NCBI GenBank assembly: GCA_022824265.1
Contig: JAJEAG010000051.1
Span: 12,818 to 76,817 of the forward strand
Reading direction: 5' to 3'
DNA: 64,000 nucleotides
Source: Candidatus Poribacteria bacterium
GTDB lineage: Bacteria > Poribacteria > WGA-4E > WGA-3G
Below, piece by piece: positions 9,485 through 19,556 of the stretch. Both the position numbers and the translations under genes were made by a program. The notes under the pieces are model-generated. The model had not been told where the DNA came from. It worked only from the letters and a program-made list of their open reading frames with translations, and did no database searches. Numbering within the stretch: position 1 is the stretch's first letter; every line of letters begins with the position of its first letter.

Positions 9485-10393
9485 ATGGAGGACAATAAAG
9501 TGTTTAAATTTAACCGAACAATTTTCACATTCCTGCTTGTATTTGGTTTGACTGCTACGTTGATGGGTAATGAATGGGCTGACTACTACTTTCCAGACAA
9601 AATCGGAAGTTCATGGGTTTATGTAAATGAAGATGGAGACGAAATAACCCGTACTGCTGTTGAGGGAGAAGAGGTCGACGGAACGACGTATCGCGCCTTT
9701 ACTTATGAACCTGCAATAGATGATTGGGAAAAATATCAGTATGTTATTCATCCTTATCTGTATCAAGTCGGTGAAGAATGGATTACATTTCTTGTTGGCG
9801 ATGAAATAGAACAAGCAACCAAGTCTATCCTTGAGAAAAAACTTAATGAAACAATTGCACTCATGCAGGAACAGATTGCTGGACAACTACCTCCAGGAAT
9901 TACAATTGATTTTGATTTTGATGTTGACCCGCAAGCCCAAGATTTATTCTATCTATTTCCACTTCCGATTACCTATAATGAAGAATGGGTCGCAATGCAT
10001 TTGGACATAACAGTAGATATGACAATGGATATTCAAGGAGCACCTGCTGAACTTCCTGCAGAACTTCAAACAATTACTTCTACTACGAGTATTGAGGAAA
10101 CAGGGGTTATTTTAGGAACAGAAACTGTTGAGACTGAAGCCGGAACCTTTGATGACTGTTTAATAATTGAATATAAAACTAAAACAACAACGGATACAGA
10201 TTTACCCCCAGAATATAAACAAATGATACCAGAAACGCCAACCAACGAGGCAACGACAACGTTATGGTTAGCTCCTAATGTCGGTATTGTCAAATTCAGA
10301 AGTGAAAATGAGAATAGCGATGATGTAGCTACCTTGGAATTAACAAGTTATGAGATCATATCTGATGAATCTGATGAGGAAGAAAAAGAATAA
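9485..10393 (+). CDS. Secreted acidic hypothetical protein, paralog A. The true start is probably the GTG at 9503.
   Basis: Signal-peptide-like FKFNRTIFTFLLVFGLTATLMG, a GGAGG box 11 nt before the GTG at 9503, and an acidic C-terminal tail SDESDEEEKE. Confidence 0.6.
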   Translation: MEDNKVFKFNRTIFTFLLVFGLTATLMGNEWADYYFPDKIGSSWVYVNEDGDEITRTAVEGEEVDGTTYRAFTYEPAIDDWEKYQYVIHPYLYQVGEEWITFLVGDEIEQATKSILEKKLNETIALMQEQIAGQLPPGITIDFDFDVDPQAQDLFYLFPLPITYNEEWVAMHLDITVDMTMDIQGAPAELPAELQTITSTTSIEETGVILGTETVETEAGTFDDCLIIEYKTKTTTDTDLPPEYKQMIPETPTNEATTTLWLAPNVGIVKFRSENENSDDVATLELTSYEIISDESDEEEKE

Positions 10394-10448
10394 TTACTTG
10401 GTTTGCTGAATCTTCTGGATATAAATACAATCTTTTAAGGATAACTAC

Positions 10449-11426
10449 ATGTATAAAAGAACTTGTTTTGTTACTACAATCTTTCTTGTCCTATTTTTGT
10501 GTACAGCACTACGAGGGAATGAAACTTTACAACTTTATTTTCCAAGCACTGTAGGAAGTTTTTGGGTCTATGCAGATCAAGATGGGAATGAGTTCGTGCG
10601 TCATGCAATCGAAGGTGAAGAAATAGACGGTACGGTTTATAACGCATTCAGTTATAACCCTGAATTGGAAGATTGGGTTGATTTTAACCGTCATACAGTG
10701 CCATATCTGTATAATGTAAATGATGAGTGGATTAGTTTATTAGTCGGTGAGGAAATAGAAAACGCTGTTCATGCACGTCTCACCAAAGAATTTGAAACTT
10801 TCTCTGCATTGGTAAAGAATTTATTTGCGAATCTGATTCCGCCTGAAGAGAATGTTACCGTTGACTTTCTATATGATATAGAGGTTGATGCAGATGAACA
10901 TTTCAATTTTTTGCCAGCAGATGCATCTATTGATGATGAATGGGAAACCGTTGAGATAACTGCTACAGTCACCATGTCGTTTGAATTTCATGGTTTACCT
11001 GAGGAATTAGCAGCAGCAGCACCTCCGATACCCCCTGTCACAGCGACTTTTTCTATTCTTGAAACAGGGATAATCCTTGATACAGAAACAGTTGAGACTG
11101 CTGCTGGCACATTTGAAGATTGTTTAAAAATAGAATATCGTACTGAGACCGAACTCACAGCTGACCAACAAGAGGACCCTGAACCTGATAACCCACCCGG
11201 TGAAACAGTTACAACATTATGGTTAGCACCTAATATCGGTATTGTGAAGTATCATCAAGAAGCACAAAAGATGTTTCTTAATGTAATGTCTGACAAAGAA
11301 TTTGCTGAGGCATCAGTACCTGCGGAAGAAGCAGCCGAGATAACTGCTACAACAATCAAGTCATTTGAATTATCAAATTACGAGATTGCCTCTGATCCCG
11401 CACAAGAAGAGGATAGGATCGAATAA
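10449..11426 (+). CDS. Secreted acidic hypothetical protein, paralog B
   Basis: Signal peptide MYKRTCFVTTIFLVLFLCTALRG. Shares motifs YFP..GS.WVY, EGEE.DGT.Y.AF.Y.P, ETG.IL.TETVET.AGTF.DCL.IEY and TTLWLAPN.GIVK with paralog A. Confidence 0.6.
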   Translation: MYKRTCFVTTIFLVLFLCTALRGNETLQLYFPSTVGSFWVYADQDGNEFVRHAIEGEEIDGTVYNAFSYNPELEDWVDFNRHTVPYLYNVNDEWISLLVGEEIENAVHARLTKEFETFSALVKNLFANLIPPEENVTVDFLYDIEVDADEHFNFLPADASIDDEWETVEITATVTMSFEFHGLPEELAAAAPPIPPVTATFSILETGIILDTETVETAAGTFEDCLKIEYRTETELTADQQEDPEPDNPPGETVTTLWLAPNIGIVKYHQEAQKMFLNVMSDKEFAEASVPAEEAAEITATTIKSFELSNYEIASDPAQEEDRIE

Positions 11427-11460
11427 ACTAAACAACCTAATCGAACGCATCGGAGATTGA

Positions 11461-12438
11461 ATGAGCGTTTTCCCTATATATCGTCCCAGACGATTACGTT
11501 CAAATGAAAACCTAAGACGACTCGTCCGAGAAACACATCTGTCTGTAGATGACCTTATATATCCGATGTTTGTTGTTCATGGACAGGACACTGCAAATGA
11601 GATTACTTCCATGCCGGGATGCTACCAATACTCGGTGGATAGACTCGTAGAGGCTGCGAAAGAACTTGTTTCGCTTGGTATTCCTGGAACTATCCTTTTC
11701 GGAATTCCTGAGAATAAAGACTCACACGGTTCTGAAGCATACGCGGATGATGGAATTATTCAACAAGCAGTTCGTGCCATAAAAGATACAGTGCCAGACC
11801 TACTTGTAATCACAGATGTTTGTCTATGTGAATACACCGATCATGGACATTGTGGTATCATTGAAGATGGAGAGGTGCAGAACGATCCAACGCTTGATCT
11901 GCTTGTTCAAGAGAGCGTGTCGCATGCACAGGCAGGGGCAGATGTTATCGCGCCATCAGACATGATGGATGGACGTGTCGGTGCAATTCGATATGCCTTA
12001 GACGAGGAAGGATATGAGAACATTCCAATAATGGCATACTCAGCGAAATATGCGTCTGCATTTTATGGACCCTTTCGTGATGCCGCAGAGTCCGCACCGC
12101 AATTTGGTGATCGTCGTTCGTATCAGATGGATCCAGCAAACTCAGAGGAGGCATTAAGAGAAGTAACGCTTGATATTGAGGAGGGTGCTGATATCGTAAT
12201 GGTGAAACCTGCACTCTCATATCTTGATGTTATAAGTCAAGTGAAAGCAGAATTTCAGATGCCTGTTGCAGCCTATAACGTCAGTGGTGAATATTCCATG
12301 ATAAAAGCAGCCTCACAAAATGGGTGGATTGATGAAAAACGTGTTGCTTTGGAGGTCCTAACGAGTATTAAACGTGCTGGTGCAGACATAATCTTGACTT
12401 ACTTTGCAAAGTCGGTTGTTGAATGGCTTGAGAATTAG
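11461..12438 (+). CDS. hemB: Porphobilinogen synthase (delta-aminolevulinic acid dehydratase)
   Basis: Characteristic N-terminus [20 protein letters not shown], active-site region, and about 325 aa length. Confidence 0.93.
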   Translation: MSVFPIYRPRRLRSNENLRRLVRETHLSVDDLIYPMFVVHGQDTANEITSMPGCYQYSVDRLVEAAKELVSLGIPGTILFGIPENKDSHGSEAYADDGIIQQAVRAIKDTVPDLLVITDVCLCEYTDHGHCGIIEDGEVQNDPTLDLLVQESVSHAQAGADVIAPSDMMDGRVGAIRYALDEEGYENIPIMAYSAKYASAFYGPFRDAAESAPQFGDRRSYQMDPANSEEALREVTLDIEEGADIVMVKPALSYLDVISQVKAEFQMPVAAYNVSGEYSMIKAASQNGWIDEKRVALEVLTSIKRAGADIILTYFAKSVVEWLEN

Positions 12439-12504
12439 GGTGAGGAATACAGTTTACATCTTAGGTCGGGTTTGCTTTGTTCTGCGTATAAGTATCTACA
12501 AATG

Positions 12505-12575
12505 GAAGTGATGCGTTTGTAGTGGTGCAATTTATTACCAAGTCAACACCAAATGCGAGTATAGCGTTGATTCAC
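12505..12575. repeat. Divergent partial copy of the dispersed intergenic repeat core (see 21531..21790)
   Basis: GCGTTTGTAGTGGTGCAATTTATTACCAAGTCAACACCAAATGCG is roughly 75% identical to the core AACGCGTTTGTAGTCGCGCAATTCATTGCCAAATCAACGCCAAATGCGC. Confidence 0.45.
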
Positions 12576-12749
12576 TGGTCACGACCCGTGGAGTACCTAG
12601 CGCGTATTCGATGTTGATTAGGCTATAGTAAAGAATAAACCAAGCGAGTCGAAATATTTATTTTATAGTAAATTTCGTAATTACTTGGACACTTTGGTAG
12701 GTTCGGTTTCCTATCCTGAAACAGTGCGTCAGACACTAAAAAAAATGTC

Positions 12750-13124
12750 TTGAAACCGCATCTTCGTGAACAATGGGTGATCCCCCCTTCCGAAGATGCT
12801 GCATTTGTGAATGCGATGGAGCAAGTGCCTGATCTTTATCAGAAACCTTTAGATACGGATGTTCCTGTTGTGAACATGGATGAACAATCTGTAACGCTAA
12901 GGGATCACCTGCGTGCTCCACGACCTGCTAAACCGGGTCAAGTAGAACGCGTGGATTCTGAATACAGACGCAATGGCACAGCATCAGTTTTTCTTTTCAC
13001 AGAGACCCTTTTTGAATTTCGGTATGTGTCTGTTCGGGAGCGTCGGACTGCGGTGGATTGGACAGAGGAGGTAAAGGTGCTATTGGAGGATGTGTATCCG
13101 AAGGCAAAGCGTGTGATTTTATAG
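12750..13124 (+). pseudogene. IS630-family transposase fragment (DDE_3 / ISAzo13-like type), central part
   Basis: LKPHLREQWVIPP and DSEYRRNGTASVF motifs; ends ...AKRVIL. The upstream region contains frameshifted continuation. Confidence 0.7.
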
Positions 13125-13168
13125 TGACATTTAGAATTATTGATACATTTTTTATTTTTTGTTAGAAT

Positions 13169-13429
13169 ATGTTTCCCATGGCATATTCACCCGATGGACG
13201 AAAACGCATTTTAGATTATGTTGCAGCTGGCGGGAAAAAATCTGAAGCATCCCGTCTGTTTTCCGTCGCACGCTCAACTATTGATAGGTGGTTAGCAGCT
13301 GAGAACCCGTTTGCAATTAGAAAAACAGGACCCAAAAAAATGAGAGTGATTGATGAGGAGGCAATCAGAAAACATGTTGCTGATTTCCCCGACTTAACAC
13401 AAAAAGAACGTGCTGCACATTATCATTAG
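13169..13429 (+). pseudogene. IS630/Tc1-type transposase N-terminal HTH fragment (classical ISY100-like type)
   Basis: AYSPDGRKRILDYVAAGGKKSEASRLFSVARSTIDRWL resembles ISY100-type N-termini. Truncated after about 86 aa. Confidence 0.6.
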
Positions 13430-13975
13430 CTAATCCGTGGACAGGTAAGGAAATGTCCGCTGTCCAAATAGAATTGCTGTAAATCGCGGAGATCTACTAT
13501 GTGCTGGTTATGGATAATTCTCGTCATCATAGTGAACATAGTCATAAACTGGACTCTGATAATTACAACGCCGGAGGGCTGGCTTATAGGAGTGATTGCT
13601 ATAATTGTCATAATTCTCATCATATCTTATAGAATAAATAGAAACTATTGACTATCTATTTCCGTGTCCTCCCCTTATCCTGGGGCACCACGCATTCGTT
13701 TCAGCGATATGCAGCACACGTTCTAAAAATAATACGTCGCCTTATACAACTTGCCCGATCAGCTGAGTCAATCTCCCGCAGTGCATCAACGAAAATCCTG
13801 TTTACCGCATTAACCTGATTGAAATCCGTGATATTGCCATACCTCGTAAAATGAAATTGGTACTATAGTTGACATTGAAATTAAAGAGACACATTTCTAT
13901 AGGAGTGATCTCCGAATCGCGACAAAACTCACTGATAGTCAGGGATCGGAGTTTCCTCCTACAACTCAAAATGTC

Positions 13976-14314
13976 TTGTTAATTCTAAAGTTCACTATAG
14001 TATGTGATAACCTAAATACACACACCCTTTCATCCTTGTATAAAGCATTTCCTGAGGCAGAAGCACAAAGATTGTGTGCTCGTTTGGAAATCGTGTATAC
14101 GCCTAAACACGGCAGTTGGTTGAATATTGCGGAGATAGAACTGAGTGTGCTAACACGACAGTGTTTGTGTCGGCGTATTCCCGATATAGAAACATTACAA
14201 AGAGAGACGCAGGCGTGGCAAAAACGACGAAATGCAGAGCAAAAGCAAGTAGATTGGCAATGGACCATGGCAGATGCGCGCATCAGATTAAAACATTTAT
14301 ACCCAAAAGATTAG
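13976..14314 (+). pseudogene. IS630-family transposase C-terminal DDE fragment, continuation of 12750..13124
   Basis: VCDNLNTHT and TPKHGSWLNIAEIELSVL motifs. Reading ...KRVIL then VCDNLNTH gives a contiguous transposase, interrupted here by an 850-bp insert. Confidence 0.7.
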
Positions 14315-14393
14315 GATGGACAAAGCACTATTGTGGTATCCCAACCGCTCCTCGTTATGTTAATTAGTCGGGTTTCGTTCAAAGAATACCGAA

Positions 14394-16025
14394 CTACGAA
14401 TTATTATCTGTTTTGCCGTAGCCACCACCCCCAGGTGTTTCAATCTGAATAACGTCACCTTCGCGAGCAGAAAGAGTAACTTTCCCTTCAAGCAGTTGTT
14501 CCTCCTCGTCACGGATTAGCACATTCCGTCCTAACTGACCCGATTCCCCACCTTGCAATCCATAAGGATGAAACATTCTCCGTTCAGAAAGGATAGTAAC
14601 CTCTGCATCAGTAAGAAGCCTGAAAGAACGCACAATCCCGGACCCACCTTGAAATTCTCCTGCTCCACCAGTACCACGCCGAATCGAATAACTCTCAACC
14701 TGTAGCGGATAACTCGTTTCAATTGTCTCAATAGGTGTATTCATTGTATTCGTCATGTGTGTATGAATGGCATCAATTCCATCGCAAGTTGGACGTGCAC
14801 CCATACCACCAGCGATGGTCTCATAATAGGTAAAATCCCGTCCTCGTAATACATCATGTCCACCTATTGTAATGTTATTCATAGTACCGCTACTTGCAGC
14901 AGGAATTAGGTCAGGACACGCCTGCGCCAACGTACCAAAAAGCACATCAACGATACGTTGTGAGGTCTCAACATTTCCACCAGCTACTGCAGCTGGAAAT
15001 TTAGCATTGATAACACTACCTTCAGGAGCAATAATTTGGATCGGTTCCATACATCCAGCATTGGATGGCACATCAACGCCAGCAACACATCGGAACGTAT
15101 AAAAGACAGCTGAGACTGCAATTGCATATATCGCATTAACGGAGCCTCGCACCTGTTCTGATGTACCTGTAAAATCTACAACTGCTGTGTCATCCTTAAT
15201 TTCAATAGAAACCCGTATTTCTATCGGTTCATCAGTTATTCCATCGTTATCCATATAATCCGAAAATGTATAGATTCCATCATTAATTTCTCGTAAGAAT
15301 GATCGCACCATGCGGCTGGAATAGGAGCATAACGCTTGCATGTAAGACTCGATTTCTGGAACACCGTATTTGGACACCAATTCCTGTAATCTACGTTCAC
15401 CGATACGGTTGGCTGCGAGTTGTGCCTCCATGTCCCCATGCCGTTCTGTTGGTGTCCGTACATTGGCAAGAATGAATTCCCACATGTCAGAATCCAGTTC
15501 ACCACCTCTGACAAGTTTTACTGGTGGAATACGGATACCTTCCTGAATTACACTCGTCGCTAAAGGCATAGAACCGGGAGTCATACCACCCACATCTGCG
15601 TGATGTGCGCGGTTCGCTACATAGAACGTAGGACAAACCGCAGATTCTTCTCCAAAGACTGGGGCAACCAAAGTTATATCTGGAAGGTGTGTACCACCAC
15701 GATATGGATCATTAAGCACGATCATATCTCCAGGTTCCATTTCGGTATGTTCTATTGCTGCCAAAACCGAAAGCGGCATTGAACCCAGATGGACAGGTAT
15801 ATGTGCAGCCTGTGCTACCATCTGTCCTGAACCATCAAAAACTGCACAAGAGAAATCAAGACGTTCCTTGATGTTCGGTGAGAAAGCAGTCCGTTGCAGT
15901 GTAACACCCATCTCTTCTGATACTGAAGTAAGGAGATTTTTATAGAGTTCTAATTTTATTGGGTCAAAGTTCATGAGATGTTGGTTTAGGTAAATTGTGT
16001 TTAGAAGTATCTTGCATTTTAACAT
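14394..16025 (-). CDS. hyuB: Hydantoinase B / 5-oxoprolinase family protein (HyuB). The true start is possibly the internal Met (MNFDPIKLELYKN, ~nt 15972).
   Basis: FDPIKLELYKN...LQRTAFSPNIKERLDFSCAVFD and NDPYRGGTHLPDITLVAPVF signatures. Confidence 0.85.
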   Translation of the reverse strand: MLKCKILLNTIYLNQHLMNFDPIKLELYKNLLTSVSEEMGVTLQRTAFSPNIKERLDFSCAVFDGSGQMVAQAAHIPVHLGSMPLSVLAAIEHTEMEPGDMIVLNDPYRGGTHLPDITLVAPVFGEESAVCPTFYVANRAHHADVGGMTPGSMPLATSVIQEGIRIPPVKLVRGGELDSDMWEFILANVRTPTERHGDMEAQLAANRIGERRLQELVSKYGVPEIESYMQALCSYSSRMVRSFLREINDGIYTFSDYMDNDGITDEPIEIRVSIEIKDDTAVVDFTGTSEQVRGSVNAIYAIAVSAVFYTFRCVAGVDVPSNAGCMEPIQIIAPEGSVINAKFPAAVAGGNVETSQRIVDVLFGTLAQACPDLIPAASSGTMNNITIGGHDVLRGRDFTYYETIAGGMGARPTCDGIDAIHTHMTNTMNTPIETIETSYPLQVESYSIRRGTGGAGEFQGGSGIVRSFRLLTDAEVTILSERRMFHPYGLQGGESGQLGRNVLIRDEEEQLLEGKVTLSAREGDVIQIETPGGGGYGKTDNNS

Positions 16026-16069
16026 TTCCTTATGTAATATACAAGTAAAACAACAGGTTTGAGGTAAAA

Positions 16070-17029
16070 ATGAATAAAGTTAACATCGCTTTAATCGGTG
16101 CAGGCGGGATGGCAAACGGTGTGCATTATCCATCTCTATCAGAATTTGAAGACGTGAATCTTGTAGGACTATGTGATCTCGTAGAATCCAAACTCTATAC
16201 AACCGCAGAGAAATTCCAGATAGAACACACATTTACTGACTATCGGAAAATGCTTGAGCAAACAAATCCAGATGCTGTCTACATCTTGATGCCACCACAA
16301 CATCTGTTTCCGCTTGTTATCCACTGTTTATCACAGAAACACCATGTGTTCATTGAGAAACCACCTGGCATCACGCTGCATCAAACAAAGGAAATGACAT
16401 TAGCAGCAGAAAAAAATGGATGTAAAACAATGGTAGGTTTCAACCGTCGTTTTATTCCACTCATGCAAAAAGTCAAGCAGATTGTTGAAGAAAACGGACC
16501 AATAATCCAATGCATGTCAACCTTCCACAAAAACTCACCAAACGCTCTATATTATGATGGCGTTATTGATGTATTGACATGTGATGCTATACACGCTGTA
16601 GATACACTTCGTTGGCTCGGCGGTGGTGATGTCCAAGCAGTTGCGAGTGACATCAACCGTTTCTATTCCGAACGAGAAAATAGTTTCAACGCACTTGTTA
16701 AGTTCACAAGTGGAACGTCCGGATATTTATGCACCAATTGGGCAGTCGGTCGTCGAATCCATACCTTTGAGATGCACGCTCAAAGTATCTCCGCTTATAT
16801 TAATCCAGATGCAGGAGGTAGTGCTTTAATCCATACATCGGAAGGTATAAACGAAATAACGACTGAGGAAGCTGCCGATTCTGACGCAACCCACAAAACC
16901 TATGGTTTTTATGGAGAAAGTAGACATTTTATAGACTGTATTCAACAAGATAAACAACCATTAACCTGCTTCGCTGATGCTGTCAAAACAATGGAACTTG
17001 TTCAAGCTATTTATCAAAATCGCATCTAA
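16070..17029 (+). CDS. Gfo/Idh/MocA family oxidoreductase
   Basis: VNIALIGAGGMANGVHYP Rossmann motif and IEKPP motif. Confidence 0.8.
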   Translation: MNKVNIALIGAGGMANGVHYPSLSEFEDVNLVGLCDLVESKLYTTAEKFQIEHTFTDYRKMLEQTNPDAVYILMPPQHLFPLVIHCLSQKHHVFIEKPPGITLHQTKEMTLAAEKNGCKTMVGFNRRFIPLMQKVKQIVEENGPIIQCMSTFHKNSPNALYYDGVIDVLTCDAIHAVDTLRWLGGGDVQAVASDINRFYSERENSFNALVKFTSGTSGYLCTNWAVGRRIHTFEMHAQSISAYINPDAGGSALIHTSEGINEITTEEAADSDATHKTYGFYGESRHFIDCIQQDKQPLTCFADAVKTMELVQAIYQNRI

Positions 17030-17343
17030 ACGGAGTCATTGTTTTGACCAGAGACATTTAATTGTAACGTAGTAGTCTTGAGTGCCGTCCGTTCTTTTGT
17101 AGCACAAACTTTCCAGTTTGTGTCAATCAGCACCAGCGTTGTAAAATGTTATCAACATAGGCGACAGGAACTGATACCTCAAACTTAATAATCCGAGTCT
17201 TCCACGTAATCCGCGTATGGTGATTTGACAAATTGACATTGATATACTGCCTCCAGTATGATATAATGATACGATGATTCTGTTAAAAACCAATGTCCTG
17301 TATTATTAGAAAAATATAAAGAGTAATCAAGGGAAACAATTAA

Positions 17344-18279
17344 ATGAAGCGGATAAAAATTCCCGGAGTTGACCAAGAAATATCACAACTAATTCTGGGA
17401 ACTATGATGTATTCACCTGACAGTTATGATCACAGCACGAAAATGTTAGATACATTCTTTGAAGCAGGTGGGAATACACTTGATACAGCACACATTTATG
17501 GCGGTGGTAATAGCGAAAGATTAATTGGTCAATGGATGCAGGAACGCGGAAATAGAGATGAGGTATTTCTGATAGATAAAGGTGGACACCCTTATGGGGG
17601 TATGCCGAACCGTGTTTCTCCAGAATACATAAAACAAGACCTTGATGAAAACCTGAGCCGTCTTAACACCGATTACATTGATCTATATATGCTCCATAGA
17701 GATGATCCTGAGATGTCGGTGAGTACCATCATTGACTATCTGAACGAGGAGATAGACGCAGGACGTATACGAACCATCGCCGCTTCAAATTGGCAACCCA
17801 ACCGCATCGTTGAGGCAAATACTTATGCATCAGATAATAACCTTAGCGGTTTCGTTGCATGTAGCAACAACATAAGTCTTGCTGTTCCAATGGAACCGAT
17901 GTGGGGAGGTTGTGTCAACGTTGATGATGCTGCCCGACGTTGGCATGTTGAAAGTCAATTCCCGCTTATGCCTTGGTCATCGCAAGCACGCGGCTTCTTC
18001 AGCGGTGCATTTACACCTGAGAACCGAGATAATGGCGATATGGTGCGAGTGTATTACAATGATGACAACTTTGAAAGACTCAAGCGCGCAAAACAATTAG
18101 GTAAAAAATACGGATTTTCCGCAATTCAGGTCTCCCTTGCTTATTGCGTCCACCTACCTTTTCCAATCTTTCCAATTGTCGGTCCCGCTAACTTGGAAGA
18201 GATGGCATCTTCACTTGGGGCATTAGAACTTGCGCTCTCCGATGACGAAATGGCATGGTTAAACCTTGAAATAGACTAA
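17344..18279 (+). CDS. Aldo/keto reductase
   Basis: LGTMMY...FFEAGGNTLDTAHIYGGGNSERLIG signature. Confidence 0.85.
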   Translation: MKRIKIPGVDQEISQLILGTMMYSPDSYDHSTKMLDTFFEAGGNTLDTAHIYGGGNSERLIGQWMQERGNRDEVFLIDKGGHPYGGMPNRVSPEYIKQDLDENLSRLNTDYIDLYMLHRDDPEMSVSTIIDYLNEEIDAGRIRTIAASNWQPNRIVEANTYASDNNLSGFVACSNNISLAVPMEPMWGGCVNVDDAARRWHVESQFPLMPWSSQARGFFSGAFTPENRDNGDMVRVYYNDDNFERLKRAKQLGKKYGFSAIQVSLAYCVHLPFPIFPIVGPANLEEMASSLGALELALSDDEMAWLNLEID

Positions 18280-18427
18280 CCAATTTGACACACAGTCTCA
18301 CGAATACTAAACACACATTTACTTTTATTCAGTGTGTCAATAAACAAATCTAATAACAAAGTGGACACGCGTTGTCTGTACAAAACGATAAGGAAAAAGG
18401 CGAACACTGCCTACTTAAAACTACATA

Positions 18428-19537
18428 ATGAAAACTCAAATTTTACACATAATATTCATACTACAATTTCTATTACTCCCATTCGGTATCCTACACAGTG
18501 CATTTGGACAGGAAAGTTGAGGCGCATGAAGCAATCCCGCAATCCCGCGTGGTGGGTCGGGTGAAGTCAGTTTGACTTCAGAAGGAAAAAGATTTCAAGC
18601 TTCTGTTAGCATGATGCGTTGGTATGACGCTCAAGGTGGACACTTTGAAGATGAAGGTGTCTTCATCGACCAAAATGGAAACCGAAGTATAGATACGGTT
18701 CCAGAACATAGACATCATGTCAATTTAAACATATACCGTATTGACGTTGCATTAAAATATCTTCTTGGTTCACAATGGATAGTGGAAGCAAACCTCCCGT
18801 ATGAATCCAAAGTACAAGAGGCAAGTGTAGAGAAGATTGAAGACATTGAATATACCCAGGAACAGTGGGATGCGATTATAGAAAATGGACGTATCCATCA
18901 TCGCAATGAAACTTATGCTGGTCTAACAGACTCAGAAGTTTTTCTTGGACATTATCGAGTTGGTGTCCTTGCAGAGAAAGATTATTTTGTGGGTCGTATC
19001 GGAACATCTATTCCATTTGGTAAAACTGAGGAAGACCCGTGGAAACTTGGAGAAAAGGGAGAGGAACATCTCCATATCCAATTTGGAACTGGCACTTTTA
19101 ACCCTATTTTTGTCTTACACTATAGCATACCTGTCTATAAAGGATTGGCAACACATTCCAGCCTACGGACAAAATTGCCGTTCTACGAGAACAGCAAAAC
19201 ATATCGTGGTTCGAATGAACTAACATATTCTTCTGGGTTGAATTATCGTCTTAATAAATGGATTTCCTTCAGAGCGGGTTACCTTGGGATATATCAATCC
19301 TTTGCACATTGGGATGGTGAAATAGACAAAAATACAGGACTCCTTTTCGGTATGGCATCTATGGGAACATCTATCTCAACACCGTTCAATGTACCGTTAT
19401 CAATATCGTTGCTGTTGCCCTTGCATCAAAAAACGCTTTATGATGATACTGACGCACTTGATGTCGTAAAATTCGAAGAAAGCGATGCATTTGAATTCGG
19501 TCCATTGGTCTCTGTTACGGTATTATATTCATTTTAG
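18428..19537 (+). pseudogene. Outer-membrane beta-barrel-like protein gene. The signal-peptide segment is separated from the mature part by two in-frame TGA codons.
   Basis: ATG at 18428 encodes MKTQILHIIFILQFLLLPFGILHSAFGQES. TGA at 18518-20 and 18527-29 lie in the same frame as the ORF from the TTG at 18572 (321 aa). That ORF has alternating hydrophobic strands and a C-terminal ...VTVLYSF. Confidence 0.45.
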
Positions 19538-19556
19538 TTCACTTTAGAAAGGCAAA

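Larger units (their letters stand above)
12690..14320 (+). mobile_element. Degraded, nested IS630-family insertion-sequence remnants from two different subfamilies
   Basis: Three transposase fragments in non-native order (middle, N-terminal, C-terminal). Upstream frameshifts and no intact ORF. Confidence 0.7.

Noticed and set aside
14116-14367. 83-aa ORF overlapping the IS630 C-terminal fragment in another frame
   Set aside because: It overlaps a frame with strong transposase motifs and is a spurious alternative-frame ORF.
17030-18427. tRNA or other small RNA genes in the larger intergenic gaps (17030..17343, 18280..18427, 20332..20609, 33208..33527)
   Set aside because: No cloverleaf-compatible segments were seen by eye (no GTTCRA T-loop consensus with a matching acceptor stem). 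Only a long-loop inverted repeat, TTGACACAC...GTGTGTCAA, after 18279, which is too long-looped for a canonical terminator.
18518-18529. TGA recoded as a sense codon, as in alternative genetic codes
   Set aside because: Several well-supported genes in the window terminate at TGA (for example 21512 and 23886). A pseudogene, sequencing error or local readthrough is more plausible.
18334-18564. 76-aa ORF upstream of the outer-membrane-like ORF
   Set aside because: It is hydrophilic with odd composition. The overlapping frame starting at 18428 encodes a convincing signal peptide instead.
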